A DNA stretch of 64,000 nt from Octopus sinensis (GCF_006345805.1 NC_043021.1:7068001-7132000), one strand, 5' to 3'. Counted from the stretch's first letter, positions 12,592 to 24,683 are shown. Notes: generated from the sequence alone by a model not told the origin. Translations and numbers: made by a program.

Positions 12592-12925
12592 AAGATCCCT
12601 TTCAGTCATGATTGACCATGGGATTGCACCTAGAAAGTTTCCCTCTGAGGCACAATTCTAGACAAGGCTGTTTATGGAAGACCAGCAGTCATCCATGCAT
12701 ACCGACCTCCCCTCTCCACACCACCGATGTTATCAAGGGAAAAGCAAAGGTTGAGAAAGCTTGGCACCAGTGATGTTGCAAATCATTTCTACAGCTGAGT
12801 GAACTGGAGCAACTTGAAATAAAATGTTTTGCTCAAGAACACAACACACAGCAGAATCTGGGAATTGAACAAAACCTCACGATTTTGAGCCCGATGCTCT
12901 AACCATTGAGCCATGTGCCTTCAAC
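12592..12925 (-). mobile_element. Family D tRNA-derived SINE
   Basis: Collinear with 58773-59109 and 59432-59765; tRNA-like head at the right end. Confidence 0.9.
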
Positions 12926-13739
12926 ATTTCCCTAATGCATTTGTTCCAGGCCCAGTAGCAGTGCCCAGCAAAAAGGTCTCTCCCGGCTCTGACCGCCTCT
13001 GAGATGGTCATTCCCAATGTTGGTCAGTTTTAATTAAAAGAAAAAAAAAACAACAACTCAAACACTCCTTGCTATGCCAGGTTGTATGCAGTTTTTACTT
13101 AAAGTGGGGTATTGTATGGCGTTCATGCCAGGAGTGGAGTGTCAGCTGTATGGTATATAATGGTTATGTATATACTTAGTGGAGTGTCAGTTGTATGATG
13201 TCCATATTAGGAAATGGAGTTAGTTGTATGATATCCATACCAGGAAGGTATATTCTATGTCAGTGATGTTGTAGACAAGGATTCTATTGGCTGTTTGGAG
13301 GAGTTCCTTTTAGGTAAACCAAGTAGTGAGTAAATAGCAAGCCAGTAAGAGGATGTCTGCACTGATAGAAATAACAAACAAATCTCTTTCAAATCAAATC
13401 TTCTTGCTTGAATACTTTGGGTAATATAATCTTCCTGATCTACAGAATGACTGCCTGGTCACAGGTGGAGTACCTTTTGATTATAAAGGTTTTGCTTGAC
13501 TTGGGCCTGACCCTGTACTTAACAACAACAATAGTGTTGGTTACAAGGAAGAAGGTAATGTTGTAAGGTGTAAGTGAGTTTAAACTGTGGAGGTATAATT
13601 GAAACTTGTTCATGATTTTATCGAATTTAATGACTAAGAGCAACAGTTAAGTCCAAGGTTAAACTGATTGGTTTGACAAATTATCTTCAAATATTTATCA
13701 TGTCTATTTGAGAAATGTAATGCCATAAACATAATGAGC

Positions 13740-14410
13740 ACAGGCATGGCTGTGTGATTAAGACGCTTGCTTTGCAATGAGAATGGAAACTGAAGGAAGC
13801 TGACTCTATGTGCATGTGTGTGTGTGTGGGTCTGTACATATTGAACATTATCCGCTCAGTTGAAGTCGACTCTTGGTCACTCGTTGGATCAGTGTCCTCC
13901 AGTCAGTTCTATCCTGGGCCGCTTCTTTCAGATTGGCTATGTCCATTCCGGTATCACTCTTGATGGTGTCAAGCCAGCAGGTTCTTGGTCGGCCTCTTCC
14001 TCTCTTGCCACTGACCATTCCGAGCATGATGTCCTTCTCCAGGGATTTTCTCCGCATAATATGACCGAAATATGCCAATCTATGCTTGGTGATCCTAGCT
14101 TCTAGCAACATTTTCTGCCTTATCTGCTTAAGAACTTCTCCATTGGTGTGGCTGTATCCTTGTCTAAATATCACATGATGGCTGTAAAGGATGATCATCA
14201 TCATAATCATGATCATCATCATAATCATGATCATCATAAAAGCAAGGTTGTTCTTCAGTTTTCCATGAAAAATATGTCTAGCTATGTCAAAAAATTCCTT
14301 GCTTGGAAGCAGGTGAGGGCTGGCAACAAGAAGAGCATCCAGCTATAAAAACTCTGTCTCAACAGGTTCAGTTTGACCCATACAGGTATGTAAAAGTGAA
14401 CATTGAATGG
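13740..14410 (+). mobile_element. SINE with family B head and family C-type tail, interrupted by an RTE insertion
   Basis: ggcatggctgtgtgattaagacgcttgc head at 13740; tail ggtgagggctggcaacaagaagagcatccag matches 63170-63285. Confidence 0.65.
13848..14148 (-). mobile_element. RTE-clade (BovB-like) LINE 3' fragment
   Basis: MLLEARITKHRLAYFGHIMRRKSLEKDIMLGMVSGKRGRGRPRTCWLDTIKSDTGMDIANLKEAAQDRTDWRTLIQRVTKSRLQLSG*, a typical RTE ORF C-terminus. Confidence 0.92.
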
Positions 14411-14436
14411 TGAGGATGGTGGTAATGTATAATAGT

Positions 14437-14664
14437 GGCGAGCTGGCAGAAACGTTAGCACGCCGGGCGAAATGCTTAGTGGTATTTCGTCTGCCGCTAC
14501 GTTCTGAGTTCAAATTCCGCTGAGGTCGACTTTGCCTTTCATCCTTTCGGGGTCGATTAAATAAGTCCCAGTTACGCACTGGGGTCGATATAATCGACTT
14601 AATCCGTTTGTCTGTCCTTGTTTGTCCCCTCTGTGTTTAGCCTCTTGTGGGTAGTAAAGAAAAA
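14437..14664 (+). mobile_element. Young family A SINE (long-tail subtype) with 18-bp TSD
   Basis: Pol III-like boxes tggcagaaacgttag / gagttcaaattcc, CpGs retained. TSD ggtaatgtataatagtgg (14421-14438) / ggtaatgtatattagtgg (14665-14682). Confidence 0.95.
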
Positions 14665-15248
14665 GGTAATGTATATTAGTGGTGCTCTTTTTGTCAATTG
14701 GCACTCAACAAAAAGAGAAACCAACACTTGTATAAGTTACATTTTCATGTTTTTGGTACAATTTGTGGCTGGATACTCTCTCTGTCACCAACTACAGTGG
14801 ACTGGGTGCATTTTATTGAGATTATGTGAGTATGTGTGATTGTCATGAAGACTGGCAAAGCAATTTTCATTTGTAACTAAACTATTTTACAGCAAAATTG
14901 TGTAGTTATATATTTGCGTATGTATATGTTTGTTTGTGTAGGCTGTCATATATTTGTATGTGTATGTGTGTGTGTGGTATAACTGTGTTAATTTGTGTAG
15001 TTGTACGTGTGGTATTTTTTTATGTTGGTGGGCATTAGAAGATATTTAATTGTTATTTCAGTGATAATGAAGAAAACAGACCTAGACTTTTTGAACTTCC
15101 ATATCATCCCACACTCCTTCCCTTACATAGCTACCTACCTACCACTACTACTCCTCCTCCTCCTCCTCTCTTCTTCCAGAAGAACTTTTATTCCATCATT
15201 CCAATTTCATAATAATGTCTATCAAGTTCTGTTTGGCAATTTACCAAC

Positions 15249-15250
<2 letters not shown>

Positions 15251-15304
<54 letters not shown>
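15251..15304. repeat. (GA)n microsatellite
   Basis: Direct reading. Confidence 0.95.
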
Positions 15305-15307
<3 letters not shown>

Positions 15308-16117
15308 TGTGTGTGTGTCCGTATGAGTAAGAGAGATTGTGTGTGAGTATAAGCGTGGGTGTGTGAGAGTATGTATGTGAGTATGAGTTTGAGTGTATGT
15401 GTTTGAGGGAAGGTGAGAGAGAGAGAGAGAGAGAGTGCGAGAGCATGTTTTGTGCATGTGTGTATGTGTGGGATGATCACAGTGGCTCTGTGGCATTGAA
15501 CGGTGGTACTATGTTGCTTAATTTAGCAATAATTTCTCTTTCTACCCTCAGTACACTGATCTGGTATTACAGGAATCAATACAGCATATGAGGGTGTGGC
15601 AGCTGAGAGTAACTTGGTCAGCCAGCACTGCCTGTACTTCAAACATGACTTATACATAGTTTATTACGTATCATGTTATCTCTCTCTCTTTCACACACAC
15701 ACACTGGTTTCAAGATGACATTTTATCAGATGTTCTTTCCAAAGCCACGATAAAGTTGAAAATTATACCAGTAGAATGCAAAAAAAAAAAAAAAAAAAAA
15801 AAGCAGTTTCAAAAAAAAAAAAAAGTGCTAAAAACAAAAGTGCCATAGAGGGCACCTCTATGTTGGTGCTTTACAATTTTGTTTGTTGCATAACACTAAA
15901 ATATTGCAAAATTGTCACGAGGTTAGGATATTTTTATCATAGATTTTTTCACAATTTGCTGATTGAAGTTAAAACTTTGATTAGCAATTTTGACCAGGAG
16001 CTGTGGAAATGGAGTCATTGAGCCAGAGTTGAAAGCAGTTGTTGGGGTCAACTCGGTGAAAATTTACTGACCACCACTCTGATTAAATGCAAATTTTAAT
16101 ATATTGTGTTTAAAAGA

Positions 16118-16330
16118 AGGTGGTAAGCTGGCAAAATTGTTAGCATGCTGGGCAAAATGTTAGTGGCATTTCATCCATATTTATGTTCTAAGTTCAAATT
16201 TTGCTGATGTCAGCTTTGCCTTTCATCCTTTCAGGATCAATAAAATGAGTCCCAGTTGAGCACTGGGGCTGATCTAATCAACCTGTCCCTCTCCTGAAAT
16301 TGCTGGCCTTGTACCAAAACATGAAAACAA
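16118..16330 (+). mobile_element. Family A SINE, older copy
   Basis: aagctggcaaaattgttagcatgctgggc...aagttcaaatt...tgctggccttgtaccaaaac. Confidence 0.85.
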
Positions 16331-16365
16331 TATAATGTGTTTAAATTTCCAGTTTTCAACATGAC

Positions 16366-16760
16366 TGCTTACTTACTTTAGCCCCCTTTGCCTCCATATG
16401 GAGCATTGGCCATCAATGACCTTTTTCCAAAGTTTTTGGTTCTGGGCTGTCTTTTTTTTTCTTCCCCCAGTTTTGAATTGTATTCAATGCTTCTATAATG
16501 TTGCTTTTTTTCTTTCTAGGTAGGGATGTTGACCCTACAAAAACACATTTTTACCTCTTTTTTTTATTTAAAAAACCCCACATTTTTACCCTTTGACTTG
16601 TACAGGATGGGAAGCTCTCCTGGGAGCTCATGTTCTGCTGGCATAGCTCTCAGGGTCACTGATGCACACAAGCCATCACATTACAACAAGGATAGGACCT
16701 TGTGTTGGAATTTGCTTACTGCACAACAAAATAATCAAATCAGGTTTAAGGGCTCCTACA
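16366..16760 (-). mobile_element. Degraded RTE-type LINE 3' end
   Basis: Minus-strand peptide ...TAQNQKLWKKVIDGQCSIWRQRG followed by a gtaagtaag tail, both typical of RTE 3' ends. Confidence 0.5.
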
Positions 16761-16799
16761 AAGATGGATCTATTTGACGAAGCAATTTTCTTAGAAAAT

Positions 16800-19540
16800 T
16801 TTGGATTTTTTTTTTATTTAACCTATCTTCTATAGATGTGATGTTTCTTCAATGAATTTTATAAGGACACACTTTTCAGTCATTTATGATACAATTTTTA
16901 TTTCAAGTTACTTTCAATTAAATTTTATATTCCAATATAGTAGGCTTATGTATCTAATTGAGTTTATTTCTTTTAAAATGGTCATTTCTGGAAATATGCT
17001 AAATCTGTCTGAGATTTACACTACTATCTAAAACCAAAAAAAACCAAAAATGATGACAGATTGGATAATATAGTGTGAGACACTATATCTGAATAAAGCA
17101 TTGAGCAGTCACAGTTGAAACACCTTTGATTATAAGTTCTGCTGGGTCAGATTAATATGATAAAAACATGCAGTGAATTGTTTGTTAATACCAAGAAAAC
17201 CAAATGACCTACATTCATAACATTCCTTTGCATATTTGTTTGCTTCATTTTGTTTAGTCTTTCCTTTAATATATATGAAATACCTGGATGGGTTGGTTGT
17301 CTCCTTAGAAACTATTGTCTCCACTATATATTTAGTTTCTTTGCTATTTTTATTATGACTCTCTTCACACTGCTCTTTATGCATGTTTATATATTTTAAG
17401 CTTAATTGCTAAGTAGACTTCATAATACTTAAGTTTGTGTATATATTAGTTTGGGTGTCTGTTGGATATTGTAGAGGGGTTAGCATACATGTTTGTCTAG
17501 TGTAATAAAAGCTGAAGGAGTGGCAACATACAGGTATCATACTTTGGGTCATGATAAAGCAATACAGGTGTAGTTGGTAAGCTGTGGTTGTTTTTTTTAG
17601 CTGTAGGTCAACCCTGATTGGGCAGATTTATGATATTCCAGCTTTGTCCCTCCTATCTTTTTCTGCTGCTGGGACTACATTGTCTAATGTAGAGTATATA
17701 ATTTTTGAAGAAAATTTGGTCACTATTTCCAGCAGGTCAAGTTTGGCAGGAACTATGCAGGCACCTATCTGATAGCCTCTCTCTCTGTTTTTGGGTGGTA
17801 GACTTAAACTTTCCTTTTTTATATATTTGATGCCTTAAAGAGGTTGATCTTTGGTCTGTGGATAATCCATGAATCTTGATTTCATCCTTTCTTTCTCCCT
17901 TTTGCAAAAGGCCATGGATACTGTGCCCATGACTCTATTATTCAGTTTCTTGCAGAAGGAATGTGTTTCAATGGTGATGCAGTCTATCTGCTGCCAGCAC
18001 TCTCTGTGTAATGGGTTGGGTGTGCCCTAATTGCTAATCTACAGACATGCTGAGGCAGCACCACCTGTAGAGATTCCTAGATGGCAAGCAGATGTGGGAA
18101 ATCTTTTTAGAGATATATCTTTCTGTAGTTCATCCTTTCAATAGAGTGACAGTCTTGAGATAAGCAAAAACTGAGATTGGGCATTTGGTATCTAGAATGT
18201 CATCAGGCACTCATTGTCCTCTACTGGTCTGGCATTAGGATTGCTGGGATGTTCTACTCTTGCAACTTATAAAGAATTAGTGGCCGAGAAGAATGATGTT
18301 CTTGGGGAAACTCTAGACATCACTGAATATCTTTGTTCTGGAAGGGTTTTTGGATTGGGGACTTCTATGGATAATTTCCAGAAGTCTGACTGTGCTGTTG
18401 AAGGGTGTCACTGGCATGAGATAAACTCTATTGGCATGAAAGTGAGGTCAGACAGGCCTGTTTGAGGTGTGTTCAAAGGGACAAACCACAGCAATGCTTG
18501 GACACTTGTTCAATGTCCATGCATTGTTGACTTGTGAAGTAATGTTAAGCTGTGGGTGTGGGGCAGATCTGGCTACTATCTGAGTCCACAATGATGATTG
18601 CCCCCACTCCACTTCTCCTTTTTTTTAACAAGGCAAGGAAGGCAGTTCCTCTTTGTCTATAAGCAAAAGCAGTTGTGTGGTGGATGAAGCTGAATGGTAT
18701 GAAGACAGAGGGTTTCCTCTTTGGTAGAATCGTCTTTAACTTCTAGTTTCACTTAAAATGAAAGTGACGGTGGAGAGGGAGGTGCTCTCTTTGAATGAGG
18801 TTATTGAAAGGTGAGTGAGAGTGGTAAAAAACGGTAGGAGTGGATGGGACCACTCTAAGCATAAAGCCTGTAAGTTTGAGAAAGAAGCTTTGAGAGGACA
18901 CTTGCTTTGGTGTTCAGGAAGATCTTTGCTGTGAGGGTTCCTCGTTTGAAATTAGAGGTCTTCTTGTATCATGAGTATTGCATTATACTCACCTTTCTCA
19001 ATGTCACATACCGTGAATACTTGTAGTTCATTTTTTGTTTTTAAATCATTTGATTTTATGTAAATCCCTCCCACTTTATGCCTACCTTTGCATTGTTACA
19101 CCTGCCTTTTGATATTATTATTATTATTTCATCAATACCAAAATCCTCATGATTAGTAGTAAGCATCTGTCAGTCTCGAGAGACCATGGATCTGTGCCCA
19201 AAGACATCGTGTCAGCTGTTGATGGTAGTGCAGCAACTGCAGTGACTGTATGCGTGACTTACAAATATGATCAAGCAAAAGTTAAACATTTTGCTGTTTC
19301 CTGTGAAATCTAAAGCCCTTAACCTGCTGAGCCAATTAATAAAGGAGTCGATGACTAACAGAAATGTCCACATTGCAGCAAGGAAGATTTCCTTTTTGAA
19401 GGAGGAAGAACAACCAAGGAAGAGATCCTTTAACTGTTCCAGTGGTTTGCTTTCCGTGGCATGTGATGGGTTGATGAGAATTGGCCTAAATTTTTGGCAT
19501 ACATCATTCAGTACATCATCTTTCAATTTATTTAAGGTAA
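16800..19540 (-). mobile_element. Highly degraded APE-type LINE (I-group-like): ORF1 Zn-knuckle trace, endonuclease and RT-start remnants
   Basis: CQKF(G)...ITCHGK near 19500-19450; LLEIIHRSPQ...SFPKNIILLGH* (YRSP / LLGDFN-like) at ~18385-18280; KETTNPSRY...ECRSFGFLGINKQF at ~17310-17170. Many stops and frameshifts, so clade assignment is tentative. Confidence 0.5.
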
Positions 19541-20529
19541 CATTTTGTGTGTGTGTGTGCATGTGCGTGCGAGTGTGCGCGTGCGTGCATGCATGTGAAA
19601 ATAAATAGTGGGAAGATTTAAGATTTGTTGAAATAATAAAAGTCTTATGAATGTGATTGATGCAGCTATTATAATTAGAGTTCATATACTTAATGGCATG
19701 AAACAGTGCATAGATTATTATTGACAATCAGACAAGTTATAGTGTTAATGTTTTAATGCTCCATGTGTTAAACGCACCAACTAATAATGATAGATTGATG
19801 GCATCGGGTAGGGGGGAACCTGGTATTAGTCATTAACTAATATTATTTTCATAATTTCAGCAATTACAAGTGACAACTCTGGACATGTTTTAGACTTATT
19901 CTGTCCTCATCAGAAAAGTGTAGGTGTTACAGTACATGTGAAAGTAGTGATGAAAGGCTCACTAAATAAATGCACAAGATTATTATACATTTATTGGTGC
20001 AGGTAAATAGAACTGTTTCAAAATGAAATAGTTCAGATACCATCTGCCTAAGAAAAGCAACAGTTAATGTTAATATGTTTAATATAGGGAGCATTACAAA
20101 GCTAATTTGAAATATATACGTAGCAAGGCGACTTCCACCACACAAAAGAGAAAAAAAAAATACAAACTAGTATTAGTCAATGACTAAACATTATTTTAAT
20201 TATTCTAGCAGCTATGTGTTAGTCTTCTACTGACATTTGTTAGTGTAAGAAAATAGAATTGTTTAGCGATAAAATAATTCAAATATTTTCGTTGACTGCT
20301 TGTGTTGTAGTTTAGTATTAAATTTGTATGATATCGATCTAGTTACACTAACACACGCAAGACTGGATAAAAATAAAACACTGAATCACATAGTGCTAAA
20401 CATTGAATGCTCTTTATAAAAATGAAATTTCTACTTGGTTGATTTACAAAATTGACTCACAAACAAGTCCATAGTTATTATAATTTTGTTTAAAGAAGTT
20501 ATTGTTATTATTGGTAGTGGTGGTGTGTC

Positions 20530-20935
20530 ATCATCATCATCATCATCATTTTAATGCTAGCATGGGTTGGATGGTTCAGCTGGGGTCTGGGAAGTCAGAA
20601 GGCTGCACCAGGCCCAGTCTGATCTGGCAATGTTTCTATGGCTAGATGCCCTTCCTAATGTCAACCACTCCGTGAGTGTAGTGGGTGCTTTTTATGTGCC
20701 AGACGAGGCTGGCAAATGGCCATGGTCAGATGGTGCTTTTTACGTGCCACTGGCACGGGGGCCAGGCGAGGCTGGCAACAGCCACGATCGGATGGTGCTT
20801 TTTACGTGCCACCAGCACGGGGGCCAGGCGAGGCTGGCAATGGCCACGTTCAGATGGTTCGCTTACATGCCACCGGCACTGGTATCACAGCTACAATTTC
20901 CATTGATGTTGGTCGATTTCAATTCTGATTCTGAT
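20530..20935 (-). mobile_element. Family C retroposon with ~62-bp internal tandem repeats
   Basis: (cat)n tail; ggtgctttttacgtgccacc-like motif recurs four times at 20683-20872. Confidence 0.9.
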
Positions 20936-20977
20936 TCTCGCATTGTTACATCTATTATTATTATCATCATTATTGTT

Positions 20978-21180
20978 AAGGCGTTGAGCTGGCAGAATCA
21001 CTAGCATGCTAGGCAAAATGCTTAGCAAGCAGCACTTATCCTATCTTGAGTTCAAATTCTGCTGAGATTGACTTTGCCTTTCATCCTTTTGGAGTTGATA
21101 AAATAAGTACCAGTTTTAGGTAATCGATGTACCCACTTTTCTGAAAATGCTGGCCTTGTGCCAAATTTTGAAACCATTCT
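20978..21180 (+). mobile_element. Family A SINE
   Basis: gagctggcagaatcactagc...gagttcaaattctgc...gccttgtgccaaattttgaaacc. Confidence 0.85.
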
Positions 21181-21239
21181 TCTTATTGTTGTTGTTGTCA
21201 TTGAACACAGATCTTTTATAGTTGGGTTGTGTATGATTG

Positions 21240-21490
21240 TGCCTCAGCTCCTATCTGTAGCTCACAGGCACAACACCTTCAACACATAAGCTGTTCTAAG
21301 CACTGCACCATTTATGCACTCCCTAATATATCTGGTATTCCTAAGATCTCAAGTATTGCATCCAGGTTCTTTGAAATTGTTCTGAGTGCATTGATCACAC
21401 AAGGGACAATGGTCAAAGCAATGAGTTGGTGCATATTGACTTTACAGGTCCTCTTGGACTGGTCAGTCAATATTGATGTTTAGCCTGTGC
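21240..21490 (-). mobile_element. R4/Dong-like (RLE) LINE 3' remnant
   Basis: IVPCVINALRTISKNLDAILEILGIPDILG / GAVLRTAYVLKVLCL resembles the R4/Dong C-terminus VVPVVIGALG.I.K.L...LQK..LLGTA.ILRRVL. Confidence 0.6.
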
Positions 21491-22403
21491 TTTTGCTTGT
21501 TTGGTATGAATGTATGTCAAACAAATATGGGCAAGGAGATATTTTCTAAAGGTTTTTGACTTTGACAAGGAAAGAAGTATTGGGTGAAATAAGATACTTT
21601 TGATCACTTCTGCTGGATTAAAAAACATTACTGCTACACTATGCCATGCAACAAAGAAGCTTTTATTTGGTCATATGACCTGCTAGAAATAGCAGACAAG
21701 CCCTGAAAATCACATCTTACTATGTAAAAAAGGGTACATTGGATAATGGAGTTCCAGATTATATTGAGTCTGAAGTAAAGGGTGATCATGAGTAAATCAA
21801 CTTTTCATTATAAAGTTTGCCAGATCAAGGCCAACCTAAGATTACGTAACAACAACAGTAATAAATAATATAGACAGTTTTTGGCCTAACTTCATCCAGC
21901 CCAGGTACTCAGGTGTATTTTGTTGTTCAAGTGTATTTTGTTAATAACACAATTGGGCATGATGGCTGTCTATGGGGCAAGGTGTTGTTGTTGTTTAACT
22001 TTAAGACAGCCTTGATTAAACAAACCTATTATCAAAGGCATTCAGTGTTTTCACTCGGACATGGTTATATCTAATGTCTCCTCCCTGAAACTGATTTGTG
22101 AGCGATTTAGTTATTTCTAACAGGCTTCAGCGATCGCGTCAGGGTTTCCGTCTTGATTTGTTGTGGTGGTGGTGGTGTAGCTGGTATGAACGTCAAAAAT
22201 TCTAAGTTTCTCTTGTTCTGTGAACATGTAATATTACTTAGTTGGAGGAAGGGTAGTATCTATGGCCCTTTTGCAGGACCTTTGAAAACTAGTGGGAGGG
22301 AGGGAAGAAGGAAAGTATCCGAAATCAGAGGCCTTACCTAAATGCATACAACATAGGGAACTCTACTTATTGTATCTATGGACCAGGTGAGGCTGCAGTT
22401 TAA

Positions 22404-22596
22404 CCCTTTAGTGTTCGCATTATTCTGCCAAAATTAATGCTTTTTCATCCTCATTGTTTTGAACTAATCATGCATTATCTTGTAGCTATGAGATTCTGAT
22501 GAGGTAGCTGTTAATTTTTAAAATGATATTGTAGGGCTGAACATAAAACAAGCAGAATACTTTTGGCCGAATATGGCCGGTTTAAATGCTAAAGGG
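22404..22596. mobile_element. piggyBac-like MITE
   Basis: TTAA|ccctttagtgttc...aaatgctaaaggg|TTAA; inverted relative to the 26515 and 48710 copies. Confidence 0.85.
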
Positions 22597-22931
22597 TTAA
22601 GACTACTACCCTTTGTAGGCCATAATATGATTTGAACTCAGAATGCAAAGAGCCAGAACAAATACCTCAAGTTATCCTGTCTAATGTTCCAATAATCCTG
22701 CCAGTCCACTGCAGGAAAGATGAAAGGCAAAGTCAACACTGGTGGAAATCAAACTCAGAACGTAGGGAGCTGGAATAAATCCCACTAGGTATTTTCTTTG
22801 GTGCTCTAACAACTCTACAAGTTTGCCAGATTGCAAATTTGTTGTAGGTTGTTTGTTTTCACTCTCTTTTCCTTTACAAAAGTAAGTCATACAAATGTCT
22901 TTCTAAACCCTAAAACCATACTTCTTTATAT

Positions 22932-23158
22932 ATTTCTTTATTGCCTACAAGGGGCTAAACATAGAGGGGAAAAATAAGGACAGACTAAGGGATTAAATCG
23001 ATTACATCGACCCCAGTGCGTAACTGGGACTTAATTTATCGACCCCGAAAGGATGAAAGGCAAAGTCGACCTCGGCGGAATTTGAACTCCCAACGTAATG
23101 GCAGACGAAATACCGCTAAGCACTTCGCCCGACATGCTAACGTTTCTGCCAGCTCGCC
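22932..23158 (-). mobile_element. Young family A SINE (long-tail) with 16-bp TSD
   Basis: Near-consensus with CpGs intact. TSD ccatacttctttatat (22916-22931) / ccatagttctttatat (23157-23172). Confidence 0.95.
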
Positions 23159-23779
23159 ATAGTTCTTTATATGAACCAAAACAAAGTAGTTTGTAGGTGG
23201 TCATTCAACTTGCTAGAAACAGCAACTAAGTTTCCTTCAACCGACACCTTACTGCCTGCAAAGAAACAGGATATTAGTGTAGTATGAGACGGTCATGGTT
23301 TTAACACTTCTGATCATAGGACTACTGGTTCAAGACTAATCTGGGTTAAACAATGACTAGCATAACATTTCTTGGTACTAATAGTTATCACTACTCAGCT
23401 ATATTTAACAAAGTTTGCACCATAGCTAACGGATATCACCAAAAATTGTAGCTGGGTGTGTTATAAAAGAGAACTGACTTCTCATATTTAGCAGTAAATC
23501 TCCTATTTCTAAATAGTGGTAGTGATAGTACCCTTACCAATTAACTGCTACTGTTCGTTAGTTGTACATCTAAAGCAGAAGTAATACCCTTGATAGTAAT
23601 GCATGTGTATGTACAAATTTTCATAAACATGCATACATCCATGTAAGCATGCACATATTCACATATATTCACACACACCACACACACACACACACACACG
23701 TAATTGTTTGTCTTGGATTACTGAGTTCTTGTAACTAATTATATTAAATACAGTTCATATTTTCTGAGCAGTGTAAATT

Positions 23780-23975
23780 TGTGTGTGTGTGTCTGCATGC
23801 CTGTGTTTGTCCTCCACCATCGCTTGACAACCGATATTGGTGTATTTACATCTCCGTAACTTAGCAGTTCGGCACAAGAGACCAATAGAATAAGTACTAG
23901 GCTTACAAAAAGTTAGTCCAGGGGTCGATTTGTTCAGCTAAAGGCGGACCTCCTGCATGGCTGCAGTCAAATGGC
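23780..23975 (+). mobile_element. Family B SINE 3' half
   Basis: cgcttgacaaccgatattggtg...agaataagtactaggcttac...gcatggctgcagtcaaatg. Confidence 0.85.
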
Positions 23976-24297
23976 TATATATGTGTGTGTGTGTGTGTGT
24001 TTATATATATTTATATAAACTATGAGATAGAGGTTATGCAACTGTCTAAGGGATAAATGCATCTGTAGGCACTGCTGTTGTATTACCTATGTATAGGCCT
24101 TGCTGTAAGGTTAACAGTAGCTGATAATTTAAAGAGTAAACAGTGGTTTAATATATTCATATAAGAAATGGAGCAACATGCAGCAATTAGAAGTTTATCA
24201 TTAGTATTGAATGATCATAATTATAGTTAAGATAGCGTTTACAGCTGTTTCGGTTTGTTATTTTTGAGGTAAAGTTGCAGAAACTGAAAACGCAGTA

Positions 24298-24338
<41 letters not shown>

Positions 24339-24344
24339 TTTCTT

Positions 24345-24683
24345 TCTTTCTTTTACTTGTTTCAGTCATTTGACTGTGGCCATGCTGGAGCACCACCTTT
24401 AGTCAGGCAAATCGACCCCCAGGACTTATTCTTTGTAAGCCTAGTACTTATTCTATCAGTCCCTTTTGCCAAACTGCTAAGTTACGGGGATGTAAATACA
24501 CCAGCATCGGTTGTCAAGCGATACACACACACACACAGTTACCGTCAACCAAATGCACTCACAAGGCTTTGGTCGGCCCGAGGTTATATTAGAAGACACT
24601 TGTCCAGGGTGCCATGCATTGGCACTGAACCTAGAACCATGTGGTTGGTAAGCAAACTGCTTACCACACAGCCACTCCTGTGC
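24345..24683 (-). mobile_element. Family B tRNA-derived SINE, near full length
   Basis: ttttacttgtttcagtcatttgactgtggccatgctggagcac...gaaccatgtggttggtaagcaaactgcttaccacacagcc. Confidence 0.92.

Noticed and set aside
13440-13643. Possible RT remnant (RVRPKSSKTF) on the minus strand
   Set aside because: A single weak motif with no neighbouring RT motifs in order.
19212-19727. 171-aa minus and 113-aa plus ORFs as a host gene
   Set aside because: Partly microsatellite, no acceptor; better explained as the 5' part of the decayed LINE.
19861-20002. 142-nt plus-strand exon (tttcAG ... CAG|GTAAAT) with one open frame
   Set aside because: The open frame is phase 1-to-2, incompatible with the phase-0 striatin intron (phase-0 reading stops early); no recognisable product.
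20680-20885. CRISPR-like repeat-spacer look (20-nt palindromic repeat, ~42-nt spacers)
   Set aside because: The spacers are homologous to each other, the array sits inside a dispersed retroposon, the context is eukaryotic and there are no cas genes.
20567-21004. GC-rich ORFs in family C copies (also 27828-28196, 38589-38912, 62512-62835)
   Set aside because: They are by-products of stop-poor tandem units, and frames are not conserved between copies.
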